Source of the DNA: an uncultured delta proteobacterium
GTDB taxonomy: Bacteria > Desulfobacterota > Desulfomonilia > Desulfomonilales > Desulfomonilaceae
DNA length: 64,000 nt
Assembly (NCBI GenBank): GCA_963789265.1
Contig: CAWBKB010000001.1
Coordinates: 2,527,716 to 2,591,715, forward strand
Reading direction: 5' to 3'
Shown here: positions 10,422 to 20,234 of the stretch, piece after piece
Position numbering within the stretch: position 1 is the stretch's first letter
Layout: each line of letters begins with the position of its first letter
Made by a program: the position numbers and the translations under genes
Notes under the pieces: model-generated
Seen by the model: the letters and a program-made list of their open reading frames with translations, nothing else
What the model was told of the DNA's origin: nothing
Database searches by the model: none

Positions 10422-10495
10422 TCTCGCCTTTCCCCCTTCTCCGCATATTAATATGCAAGATCAAAGTATCAGCTTGAGGCAACAGCTCCCGCGAA

Positions 10496-10657
10496 TTATA
10501 GCAACAAATTTCCACTGTACGGAAGGTGCCTGGGGAAAGTCGTCATTCCCGCGTACGCGGTCCCCGCGCGACGCGGGACAGACTGGACCCCGGATCGGAG
10601 TCCGGGGTGACGGTTTCGTCCTCGAAAATCGGACAAAATTTATGACAATTGCTATAA
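10496..10657. repeat. Miniature inverted-repeat element with internal GTCATTCCCGCG-type REP
   Basis: Ends TTATAGCAA / TTGCTATAA; internal GTCATTCCCGCG...CTGGACCCCGGATCGGGAGTCCGGGGTGAC. Confidence 0.65.
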
Positions 10658-10691
10658 ACCGGAACCTCTCATGGCAGGAGTCAGGATTCAC

Positions 10692-11654
10692 TCAAGTGAC
10701 CAAGATAATTTTACCTTGTGCTCCTGTCTCCATGACTGCAACGTGAGCCTGAGGTGCCTCGGCCAATGGAATTTCTCGCCCTATAATCGGGCGAAGCGTG
10801 CGGTTTTCAAGGCCCGCGACCAATCCTGCATGGATAGCCGCCAGTTCGCGTTCCGACACGTTGAACAAAGATATACCCAGGATCGAGGCATCGCGACTCA
10901 TTGCGTCACACGGGTCAATCTCTACGGTCCCTCGACAGCCAATAACAACGATGCGGCCTCTCCGGCTGAGAATCTTGAGGTCCTTGCCCAGGTTGACATT
11001 CGACAACATTTCGAGAATGACATCTACCCCTCGATCGTGGGTCAAGGCCAGAACTTGCTCGAAATGGTCCGCAGCCCTATGACTGACTGTATGATGAGCC
11101 CCCTGCTCGCGGACCAGTTCCAAACCCATTTCGGTTCCTCCGGTCGCGATGACTTTCAGGCCGGCCGCACGGGCCAACTGAACTGCCGCGGTCCCTACGC
11201 CTCCGGTTGCCCCATGCACCAGGACAGTCTCCCCTGCCCTGGCAAAAGCGCGATTGAACAGAGAGCGATATGCTATCCCGTAGGGGACGCCCATTGCCGC
11301 GCCCTGCTGAAAGGTCACGTGTTGAGGCAAGGGATGGACCTGAGATTCACTGCATAGAACCTCTTCGGCATAAGCCCCGGTGAGCGTACCGGACGTGTAA
11401 ACTCTGTCGCCTGCTGCCACACTGCTGACTCCGTCGCCCACTGATTTCACGGTGCCTGCCGCATCCGCGCCGGGGGTATAAGGAAGCGGGGGCCTGACAA
11501 CGTACCCGTCCGAACGGATGTAAGCATCGACAGGATTAACGCCTACTGCCTTCACGCTTAACACCACTTGCCCGGGGCCGGGTCGAAGATCAGCGACTTC
11601 TTCCAGTCGCATCACCTCGGGACCGCCAAATTCGTGCACTCTAATTGCCTTTAT
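10692..11654 (-). CDS. NADPH:quinone reductase (zeta-crystallin/MDR family)
   Basis: GVNPVD, PYTPG, VLVHGATGGVG, GKIIL. The family N-terminus KAIRVHEFGGPEV begins at an ATA codon (11654) behind SD GGAGGAGG. Confidence 0.9.
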   Translation of the reverse strand: MKAIRVHEFGGPEVMRLEEVADLRPGPGQVVLSVKAVGVNPVDAYIRSDGYVVRPPLPYTPGADAAGTVKSVGDGVSSVAAGDRVYTSGTLTGAYAEEVLCSESQVHPLPQHVTFQQGAAMGVPYGIAYRSLFNRAFARAGETVLVHGATGGVGTAAVQLARAAGLKVIATGGTEMGLELVREQGAHHTVSHRAADHFEQVLALTHDRGVDVILEMLSNVNLGKDLKILSRRGRIVVIGCRGTVEIDPCDAMSRDASILGISLFNVSERELAAIHAGLVAGLENRTLRPIIGREIPLAEAPQAHVAVMETGAQGKIILVT

Positions 11655-11850
11655 AATTGCCTCCTCCCTGGTATCAATTGTTAGTACACTTTAGAGTGTG
11701 GATCTCTCGAAACGGTCCCTTTGACATATCCGAAAAGACTGGAAAGAGGTACCCGGCAAGGCTAAGATAGGATGGCATTTGCCGGCAAGACTGCCTTCGC
11801 GCCCGGCAACTGTCATCGGCTAGGTCGTTAGGTCCCAAGGAAATTCTTCT

Positions 11851-12459
11851 ATGAAGAAAGAGTCGAGTCTTGAGAGAAAGATGCTCTCTTATTTCGGATT
11901 GATAGCCGCCGCGTCCCTTTTGATAACTGTGGAATTTGTGTGGGCCATTAGAGCGGCAACGCCGCTGGTTTCGCCCGGTCAATCCGCATTCTCGGCCGCT
12001 GTCGCACTGGAAGCCGCGAGGCGCTCTATGGAATCGTTGCAGAATAAGGCCCTGCTCATGTTTGTGGTCCAGGCGGTGGTGACGCTCATCGTTCTCATCA
12101 TGTTTATGAGAAGAATCACGAGTCCTCTGCAGGAAATGGTGGAAGAGGCGAAGAATATTTCCGAAGGCGATTTGAGCCGTACGATTCCTGTGCATTCCCA
12201 GGATGAGATCGGCCTTATCGGAGAGACCATAAACAGTCTGACCAGCAATATCCAGGAAATCGTGAGCTTGGGCTTATCCACCGAAGCGGCGATGCGCGCG
12301 CCCCTCGGCCAACTTCGACAGCTACTTGACGGAAATCCGGAATCCGCGAGACAGCTCGATTTCATGGAAGCACGACTGGATGGTTTCAAGGATATAGCCG
12401 AGTGCTTTAAACTGCTGCCGCCTCCTCTGGAGGTAAGAGAAGGCGAGAACCAGTCATGA
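11851..12459 (+). CDS. Two-TM HAMP-domain protein
   Basis: Two TM segments, then ITSPLQEM...ISEGDLS...QDEIGLIG..IN HAMP motif; no kinase or full MCP domain. Confidence 0.8.
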   Translation: MKKESSLERKMLSYFGLIAAASLLITVEFVWAIRAATPLVSPGQSAFSAAVALEAARRSMESLQNKALLMFVVQAVVTLIVLIMFMRRITSPLQEMVEEAKNISEGDLSRTIPVHSQDEIGLIGETINSLTSNIQEIVSLGLSTEAAMRAPLGQLRQLLDGNPESARQLDFMEARLDGFKDIAECFKLLPPPLEVREGENQS

Positions 12460-12579
12460 TGGACATGGCAAGCTCGTTCACCGGAAGCGAATGGACAGGT
12501 CTTCCGATTGGAGTTGTGGGAATCGGTCCTACGAAGAAGGTGTCCCCAATCTTACTGCTTTGAATGAGAAGTGTGTTGT

Positions 12580-13321
12580 TCATCGGGACGGCCTGGCGTC
12601 CTCCCTGTCTGTGAGAAGTCGCAAAGAAAGATAGGAAATGAGCGACACGGCGGTGTTCGATTTTTCGATGCTGCAATCCAAAGTGTGACCTCCGGCCTTC
12701 TTGTCCGCTGTGATAAAGTGAAAATGATACCCCGGAACGTTAAGCCCATCCATGTAGAGGGGAAAACGGAAGCCTACCAGAGTGCCCCGAACATTCTTCA
12801 ACTGAAACTCGGTTTGATGTTTAATAGCATCCTCCAGTCCCGGGTAAGGCTTCTCCTGCCGAGGCACACTTCGGACCTTCACGTATTTGAAGTCTCCATC
12901 AATCCTTATGGCGCAAGGGTTTTCTGCGGATGAGAGCATCCGATCCAGAATTTCCTGCAATTCCTTTAGGTCCCTGATCCTAGGCAAGGAAATTTTCTTG
13001 TCAACCTTGAAAAAAGTCACTACGGCAAAGGGAGTCTTTTGGTCATCGGCGATGGGATACACCTTGCCATCAGCCTTGATCTGAAAGAATTCGCCGTCTA
13101 GGGTGACCATTTCTCCATCCAGAACCGTCTAATGTCCCCAGGCCGAAGTCGCCATACTTCTTGAGTTCCCCGAAAGTCGTTTCACCATCGTACATGCCTA
13201 GCTTCAAAGCTTGAAGTGTGGATACCTGGTAAATAGAATGGTCCACTGACTGTGCGTGAAGCAGGCCGGATGCGGCAATTACGATGAACAAAGCAAAAAC
13301 AATAACCCATAACCGTTTCAT
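12580..13321 (-). CDS. budA: Alpha-acetolactate decarboxylase with signal peptide, frameshifted near 13122
   Basis: YQVSTL..L..G.YDG, GDFGLGT.DG(L)DGEM, TPFAVVTFF, RSVP, GYHFHF. Confidence 0.85.
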
Positions 13322-13902
13322 ACGCTCTCCTTACTAATCGAGGTTGACTTGAAGGACAGGAACGCCAACAAACAAAACCCATTCTGAATATTCTCTGATC
13401 AGGTTCGCATTAAGCTGATTTCCACTCTGATTTACTCTACGCCAGCAAGATAAGTAATTCAGATTGTAAGTTCAAGCAAATCAGAGCGACAAGATGAAGT
13501 CAGTCTGGATCCCATTAGAAATCTTTAAGTAGGTTATAAGCTGAGCTTATATTTTCATTAGCTTTTGTGACTTGACTAGTCGAGTCCATCCGTTGTATAC
13601 GATCATACTTGACTTCGACGTCCGATGACCACAAAGCGTTGACGGCCTCTTTTCTTGAGCACGATTCTTCCCCGCAGGGTTTACCGGAAAATCTGCCTGT
13701 TGGAGTGCAAATCTGCCGAATTGAGGCTCAGTGCTCTTAAAATACGCGCAGTCTTATCGCGACAAGAGCAATTCAAACTCCAAATTGTGCAACATCAGGA
13801 AGGAGATGGAGGTGCTGCGCGCTGTAATCACGCAGCTTGCGGATCTGTAGGACTGTCATAACACACTTTGTTTAAGCATAGACCTCGATGCAGGAGAGGA
13901 GT

Positions 13903-15127
13903 ATGAATCGTTCCTGGTTTATTTGGCTATGGGGCTTGGTCCTCGTGGGTTTCTATCGCGTCGGCCCAACAGACGACTGTAAATCTAGGCTTCATCACCG
14001 CGACGTCCGGTCGCATGGCTACCTTTGGTGCAGTGGCCAAGCAGGGGGCGGAAACCGCTGTCAACGAGCTCAACCAGGCGGTCGCCGCTGGTGGCACCAA
14101 GTTCAATCCTTTCTTTGAGGATGCCGGCAAAGATGCGAAAACAGCCGAAGCGGCATTCAAGAAGCTCGTGGAAAAAGACAGGGCGGACGTGGTGATGGGT
14201 TACGTTCCCGATGCGATTGCCCCGGCGCTGGCAGCAATGGCGGAACGTTCTCAGATACCCTTTATTGTGATCGGCGCGCAGTCCACGGCACTCACAGGGG
14301 ACCAGTGCAACCGCTTCACTTTTCGGTTGTCGCCCAGCAGCGTTCATAATGCCAAAACCGCCGCCCTCTTGGCGAGTTGGACAAAGGCGAGGACTTGGAC
14401 CACGATCGCTACGGACGATGTAGGTAACCGCGAGTTGTGGGCACTATTCAAGAAGTACACTAGTCAACTGAACAAGGGTACGTCGTTCGCTGCGGATGCC
14501 TCAGCTTCTTTCATTGGCGGCGAGAGCCCCGACCTGGACGCTGTGGCCAAGTCCGTAATTCGGTCCAAGGTGGAAGGCATGTTGATTTCGCTGCCAGGCG
14601 GCCTTTTCGTGGATTTCATCAGAAAAGGGGATGCGTGCGGGCTGTTCGACGGCAAGCGGGAGGTCGTTGTGGTTAACGGCTCTCTGGCCCAATTGCTCGC
14701 CTTGGGGCTTGAAATGCCTGAGGGTATATGGTGGTCCACGCCGTACTGGTACCAGGCAAGCTGGAGCCCGGCGAACAGGTCCTTTGCTCAGAAGTACGAA
14801 GCTGTATTTGGCGCACCTCCTTCTTGGGAGGCCCAGTCCGCGTACGCCGCAGTTAAGATCTACGCGGCAGCTTTGCAGAAAGCCGGGTCTTCGGACAAAA
14901 AGGCGGTGGTGACGGCCTTGGAGGGACTCGTAGCAGACATGCCGGTCGGAAACATCTTGATCCGCGCGGCCGATCATCAGAGCGTGTGTCCCACAATGGC
15001 AGGAAAGACTGCTCGCATCGGAGTGACGAACCGCAAGTACCGTTTCAGAAGTTTGGCAACCATGATGCTTTTCCGAGTCAAAGAAATCTCTGATCCTGAC
15101 GTGGAAAAGGGCTGCAACATGAGGTGA
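13903..15127 (+). CDS. Branched-chain amino acid-type ABC substrate-binding protein; +1 frameshift in signal peptide near 13948
   Basis: Signal peptide MNRSWFIWLWGLVL in one frame continues as SIASAQQTTVNLGFITATSGRMA in the main ORF; family motifs (AV.ELN, CNRFTFR, IRAADHQ). Confidence 0.8.
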
Positions 15128-15228
15128 GGTGGCACCTGCCGATCGCTGTACAGGCCTGAAGACAGTGAAAACGAGGCGCCGGTCTCTGAACATCCCGCAC
15201 GGGAAGCCTTCTTACGAGAGGTCTTACA

Positions 15229-16527
15229 ATGACTATGAGTAATAGGAAAGCGGAAAAGATATTCACTCGCCGGGAGTTTATGAAGGGGGTTGGGGCAGCC
15301 GGCCTTGCACTGGGAGCGGCAGCGACGTTCGTGGACGTGAATCCCGCGGCCGCCGAAATGCGCGGCCACATTGTAATCGGCCACCCAAACCCGTCAACGG
15401 GTATGTTGTCCGATTTGGGAGCGGTCTCTCCATGGGCCGATGAACGCGCGGTAGCTGCGGTGAACCGCAAGGGCGGCATATTCGTCAAGGAATTGAACAA
15501 ATCGCTCCCGGTGCAGGTTAAGCTGGTGGACACCCAGAGCGATCCGGATAGGGCCGCGAAGGTTGCGACGGATCTCATTCTCAACGAAAAGATCGACATG
15601 ATGGTCGTTCTGCACACGCCGGTCACAGTGAACCCAGTCAGTAAAGTATGCGACAAATTTCATGTGCCGTGCGTCTCGATGGTAGTCCCTCTGGAATCGT
15701 GGCTTTCGGGAGGGCCGTACGAGTGGTGTTACCACGCGTTTTGGTCAGTGGACTCTTTGAGCGACCTTTTTGTAGGAATGTGGGACGAGTACGCGGACAA
15801 AACTACCAAGGTCTTTGGCGGATTGTGGCCCGACGATCCCGACGGCAAAGCCTGGGGGGAATCCTTCACGAAGAAGCTCGTCGCCAAAGGGTACAAAGTC
15901 GTGGATCCGGGGCGATTCCGCTATTGGATTCCGGACTTTACCGACATGATCAGCCGCTTCAAACGAGAAAAGGTTGAAATAATGAGCGGTGTGCTCATTC
16001 CTCCCGACTGGGCCAACTTCTGGCGGCAGGCGAGGCAAGACGGGCTTTTGCCCAAGGTGGCCACGGTTTGCAAGGCCATACTTTGCCCTGGGGCACTGAA
16101 TGCTCTGCCCGGCAATTTGCCCGAGGGACTAACGACTGAGGTGTGGTGGAGTCCAAACCATCCGTTCAGATCGTCCATCACCGGAGAAACCTCGATGGAA
16201 CTGAGCGAAGCGTGGGCCAGGGAAACGAAAAACCAATGGACAATGCCCCTGGGTTATGCGTACGCAGGAATAGAGATCGCTCTCGACGCCCTGAAGCGGG
16301 CGGGAAGCTTGGACAAGAACAAAATAAGAGAAGCCGTCGCTCAGACCGATCTGACGACCATTGTAGGTCCGATCAAATTCAGGAAGGACCACTGTTGCGA
16401 GACACCACTGGTCGTAGGGCAATGGGAACCCGGTGGAAAATGGCCCTGGGACCTCGGCATCTGCTATAACAAGCAGCACCCGGAAATCAAGACCACGTCA
16501 AAGCTTGTTTTCCCCATTCCCGGCTGA
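15229..16527 (+). CDS. Tat-exported Liv-type ABC substrate-binding protein
   Basis: TRREFMK twin-arginine signal; DTQSDP.RA, WPDDPDG, EVWWSP.HPF.SS, TPLVVGQW. Confidence 0.88.
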   Translation: MTMSNRKAEKIFTRREFMKGVGAAGLALGAAATFVDVNPAAAEMRGHIVIGHPNPSTGMLSDLGAVSPWADERAVAAVNRKGGIFVKELNKSLPVQVKLVDTQSDPDRAAKVATDLILNEKIDMMVVLHTPVTVNPVSKVCDKFHVPCVSMVVPLESWLSGGPYEWCYHAFWSVDSLSDLFVGMWDEYADKTTKVFGGLWPDDPDGKAWGESFTKKLVAKGYKVVDPGRFRYWIPDFTDMISRFKREKVEIMSGVLIPPDWANFWRQARQDGLLPKVATVCKAILCPGALNALPGNLPEGLTTEVWWSPNHPFRSSITGETSMELSEAWARETKNQWTMPLGYAYAGIEIALDALKRAGSLDKNKIREAVAQTDLTTIVGPIKFRKDHCCETPLVVGQWEPGGKWPWDLGICYNKQHPEIKTTSKLVFPIPG

Positions 16528-16796
16528 TGGTTTCAAGAAACAAAGAGGGTAAACAGTAGGCGCTCTTTCAGTGAAGAGACAGCGCGCGTGACATGCGTGG
16601 GCCCGAGAAGCCCGGGGGAGCTGTCCCACGATCCACGGGATTCCAATCACTTTGCAGCTCTGTGCTACGCCTGCTCTGGTACGACGCGGCGATAAGATGA
16701 AATCGTGGCGCGAAACCGCTGAATTGCATTCTTTGAGTGACAATTGCGATTCGCCTCGTTCACCATATCCGTGGCTTGGCTTACGGTGAAGAAACG

Positions 16797-17630
16797 ATGA
16801 ATCTTGGCGAAGCTGTAGTCGTAAGGACCTATGCCGGGAAAGCGATCGCAAGCATTGCCGCTTCGCGCCTCGAATCTGAAGGCATAGAAACGCACATCCA
16901 ATCGGATGACTGTGGAGGTGCGTACCCGCCGCTGCAGATGTCGAGAGGCGTGCGGCTCCTGGTCAAGCCCGAGGACCTGGATGATGCTGAAAAGATTCTT
17001 CACGCAATTGAGGCTGAAGACGCGGACGAAGTTGCGGCACCTGAAGCACAAGAAGGCCGCAAAAAGACGAAATCCAATCTCATCATATTAATCGGCTTGT
17101 TCTTGCTGGGCTTTGCGGTAGGATATTATTGGTCACCCGCGCTCACAGACCGTAGCACGTACACCGGCATCATCGAGCGTGATCGAAAAGGCGGCAAACC
17201 CGGTGCTGTTTATCATTACGTGGACGGCCACCTTGCGCTCTTAGAAGAAGACCGCAATTATGACGGCAAACCGGATGCCTGGCACAGGTATGTAGCCGGG
17301 ACATTGCGTACAAGTGAATATGACAACAACTTTGATGGCAAGCCGGACGTATGGGTTACACACAAAGATCGATTCACTTTCGTGGAGAAGGTGGACACCA
17401 ATTTTGACGGAAAGCCGGATGTAACGATCTTTTACGCCTTTGGTCTGAAGAAAAGAGTGGACTGGTATCCCAATGATTCCGCCATCATCGAGCGAAGAGA
17501 GTTTTATGAGCACGGATTGCTGAAAGAAGCTCTTGTTGATACCGACGGAGATGGCATTTTCGATCGGAGAATTACTTATGATGCGTATGAGAAACCGATA
17601 GCTACGACCAAGTGCTGGATTCCAAACTGA
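16797..17630 (+). CDS. Membrane protein: DUF2007-like N-domain, one TM helix, DxNxDGxxD repeats
   Basis: A.IAASRLESEGIE...GVRLLVKPEDLDDAEKIL; four repeats DRNYDGKPD, DNNFDGKPD, DTNFDGKPD, DTDGDGIFD. Confidence 0.75.
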   Translation: MNLGEAVVVRTYAGKAIASIAASRLESEGIETHIQSDDCGGAYPPLQMSRGVRLLVKPEDLDDAEKILHAIEAEDADEVAAPEAQEGRKKTKSNLIILIGLFLLGFAVGYYWSPALTDRSTYTGIIERDRKGGKPGAVYHYVDGHLALLEEDRNYDGKPDAWHRYVAGTLRTSEYDNNFDGKPDVWVTHKDRFTFVEKVDTNFDGKPDVTIFYAFGLKKRVDWYPNDSAIIERREFYEHGLLKEALVDTDGDGIFDRRITYDAYEKPIATTKCWIPN

Positions 17631-17777
17631 CTGGAACCGATTGCCGAATCCTGTGGAAATTTTGTCGGGGCAATCGTGATTCGGCCATCCGGAGAAGCCA
17701 GCGGAGACACAAGCGCTGCTCCTTAATCGGACAAACGAGTCCGGCAATTGCTATTAGCCGACAACAGGGAGTTGCAG

Positions 17778-18110
17778 ATGCCTCGATCTCTTCCCAATTT
17801 GATCACTAACCTGCCAATGATTCAAAGCCCTATCAAAGGAATCAATGGCCACCTCTTGCAAGGCGAGGACATCCAAGGCTTGTTTTTCACGGTCGGGGGC
17901 GGTGTCGTATTTCCTGAACATTCCCACGAAGCCCAATGGGGCATCATAATTGAAGGAGAGTTCGACATTACAATAGATGGCGAGACAATGACGTATAGAA
18001 AAGGAGACACCTATTACATTCCGGAAGGCGTCATCCATGCCGGTCACTACAAAACCGATGTTATTTCATTCGATGTTTTCAACGCCAAGGACAAGTTTAA
18101 AAGAAAATGA
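17778..18110 (+). CDS. Cupin domain protein
   Basis: PEHSHEAQWG...GDTYYIPEGVIH. Confidence 0.85.
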   Translation: MPRSLPNLITNLPMIQSPIKGINGHLLQGEDIQGLFFTVGGGVVFPEHSHEAQWGIIIEGEFDITIDGETMTYRKGDTYYIPEGVIHAGHYKTDVISFDVFNAKDKFKRK

Positions 18111-18218
18111 TGAAAAGCATCCTCCTGCCGGCGGGCAAATAGAGCTTCCTTTAATGTAGTCCAGGCACGGAGCCTGCAGACGCTCCCCCTGGCGGCATGT
18201 GAGCTTCATTCCCCACGT

Positions 18219-18917
18219 TCAAGACCGAAGCCTCTTGCGGACTGCTTCACTTGTCAGTTCGCGAATCGCATTGGCCGCAATCCATCTTGCAGCCGGCGAA
18301 TCTATTTGCTTGATTTCGTTGGCAGTTGCAATCGCGGCCCGGTTCAAATTCAGGTTGCGCTTACCGATCTGCCTCAACGCCCAATTGACCGCTTTTTTAA
18401 CGAAATTCCTGCTATCGACAGATTCTCTCTTTATTAGCAAGAGGAATTCCAGAAACTCCTCATCGCGAGCTTTCTTGTCGTGAACCGCGAGGCACGCCAC
18501 GAGCACAAAACCTGCCCTTTTCACGAATTCCCCTTCGCGTGAGCTCCATTCCAATGCCTTCCTGTGGGCATCTACGGATTTCCGAAATAGATTATTGCAA
18601 CACTGATCGCATAGGTCCCACGAATTGAATTCGAACGCCCATGCTTCCATTTGCTCGCCCGTGATGTCTGCAGACGGGTAGATCATTCCCGCCAGTATTC
18701 TTGCTTCATGAATTCCAGATGACCAGAGTTCCTCCGCGAGGGGACCGTTCATCCCTATCTTGCGGGCGATTTTCCTGAGATTCAGGATTGACACTCCCAA
18801 CGCCTTTTCGGTGTTGATCCCGAAGCGCGCCATGCCTTCCGCTGCGGCGGCGTTACCCAGCGATTTAAGTTGCTGTAGTATTTGTTTGCATTGGATTGAG
18901 GAATCAGGTGCGGACAT
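18219..18917 (-). CDS. DNA alkylation repair protein (AlkD-like)
   Basis: GMARFGI, LW.SG.HEARILA, SWDLCD, RNFVKKAVNWALRQIGKR. Confidence 0.88.
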   Translation of the reverse strand: MSAPDSSIQCKQILQQLKSLGNAAAAEGMARFGINTEKALGVSILNLRKIARKIGMNGPLAEELWSSGIHEARILAGMIYPSADITGEQMEAWAFEFNSWDLCDQCCNNLFRKSVDAHRKALEWSSREGEFVKRAGFVLVACLAVHDKKARDEEFLEFLLLIKRESVDSRNFVKKAVNWALRQIGKRNLNLNRAAIATANEIKQIDSPAARWIAANAIRELTSEAVRKRLRS

Positions 18918-19074
18918 AAACTCTACGCTTTCAAGATGAAATTATCAGCTTCCGTGGAGTGCGAGACCTCCGCGCTTCTTGCGGGACTCGAGCCACTCGC
19001 ACTTCCAAAATGGTGTACATCACCTTTTCGCGACCCATCCGATTCATCTCGTGAAATGCGGGATTCACTACATC

Positions 19075-19545
19075 TCACGAGTGCAAATCCGATGCGCGCT
19101 TCTGGGCCGTTGCGCCCTTGCCCGAAGTTGACACATGCTTGTAAGGTACATCCATTTCTCTCAATTCTTTTAACAAATCAGGATGCTTCTCTATCAGTTT
19201 GAGCAGCTTGACCAAAGCAACCGACGGCTGAGTCTTACCCTGCTCATAACGAGAAAATGCCAATTTTCCCAGCCCGAGATTTTCTGCCAATTTTGCCTGA
19301 GTAAGTTTCAGCGCCTTTCGGATGCGCCTGATATCAGCACTCGCTTGAAGTCTTGCAGCATCTATCAATTCCGTCTGCGCCTCATCAAGACGCCTGTTGC
19401 TTTCTGTATCCCATATCCCCTCGTCACAATCCGGACAGAATTGACCTTTTAGGTTCTCGACAGTCACAGATCGGCCACCGTAGGAAAGTGTCTCATCTCG
19501 GATCTGTTCTTCCATCTGCGGATGCCCACATGCTGGACACTGCAT
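19075..19545 (-). CDS. mqsA: Type II antitoxin MqsA (Zn finger + HTH)
   Basis: CPAC..CPDC zinc finger and Xre HTH (IRKALKLTQ...FSRYEQGKTQP). Confidence 0.9.
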   Translation of the reverse strand: MQCPACGHPQMEEQIRDETLSYGGRSVTVENLKGQFCPDCDEGIWDTESNRRLDEAQTELIDAARLQASADIRRIRKALKLTQAKLAENLGLGKLAFSRYEQGKTQPSVALVKLLKLIEKHPDLLKELREMDVPYKHVSTSGKGATAQKRASDLHS

Positions 19546-19554
19546 AATTTCACC

Positions 19555-19863
19555 TCATTTTTCCTTAAACGAAATGATGGGGGGCCGTCCGTCTGTATAG
19601 CCTGTGATCTTGATATACACAGCCTTCCCATCTTGAGTCATGCCATGATACACGTCTTGCCAGACCTTGTTATCTTGGTAGGTTGTCATGGATTTGTAGA
19701 AATCTGTTGAGGAGAGCGACAGGACAACCTCTCTCATCTCCTGTGGCTTCAGGCCCAATGCAGTCCCTTCGCGCCTCGCCCTTGCTGTGAACGGGTAAAT
19801 AGATGGATCAGCTACCATCTTCTTCACCGCTTCCAGATCATAGTGTGGTTTGCGCTTCTCCAT
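19555..19863 (-). CDS. mqsR: Type II toxin MqsR (mRNA interferase)
   Basis: MEKRKPHYDL, FYKSMTTY, WQDVY, VYIK, IISFKEK. Confidence 0.93.
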   Translation of the reverse strand: MEKRKPHYDLEAVKKMVADPSIYPFTARARREGTALGLKPQEMREVVLSLSSTDFYKSMTTYQDNKVWQDVYHGMTQDGKAVYIKITGYTDGRPPIISFKEK

Positions 19864-19948
19864 CCCCCGAAAAATAATCGATCTCATCAAATTAATCAAT
19901 GTGATAAATTTGACAAACTTACACCGTCAAAGTTCCGATGTCCGCCAT

Positions 19949-20115
19949 TATAGCCATTGCCAAATGTAATGACCTGTTCACCACCCGTCACCCCGGCGAA
20001 AGCCTGGGTCCAGTCCCGCGAGGAACGCGGGATTGAAAAGACTGGATTCCGGCCTCCGCCGGAATGACGGTGTCAGGCTATCCCCAATCGGACAGAACTT
20101 TTGGCAATGGGTATA
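19949..20115. repeat. Miniature inverted-repeat element (16-bp TIR) enclosing a REP doublet
   Basis: TATAGCCATTGCCAAA ... TTTGGCAATGGGTATA (15/16 complementary); internal CCGTCACCCCGGCGAAAGCCTGGGTCCAG...CTGGATTCCGGCCTCCGCCGGAATGACGG. Confidence 0.75.
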
Positions 20116-20234
20116 AGCGATCCACTCGCAACTTCCATTCTTAGAAATACCTTCCCCGGATATGAAGTGAACCGATTTATAGAGAGTCTTGGGATCAACC
20201 GACTTTTGGGGGGCTAGGAGGCTTCGCTCCGGTT

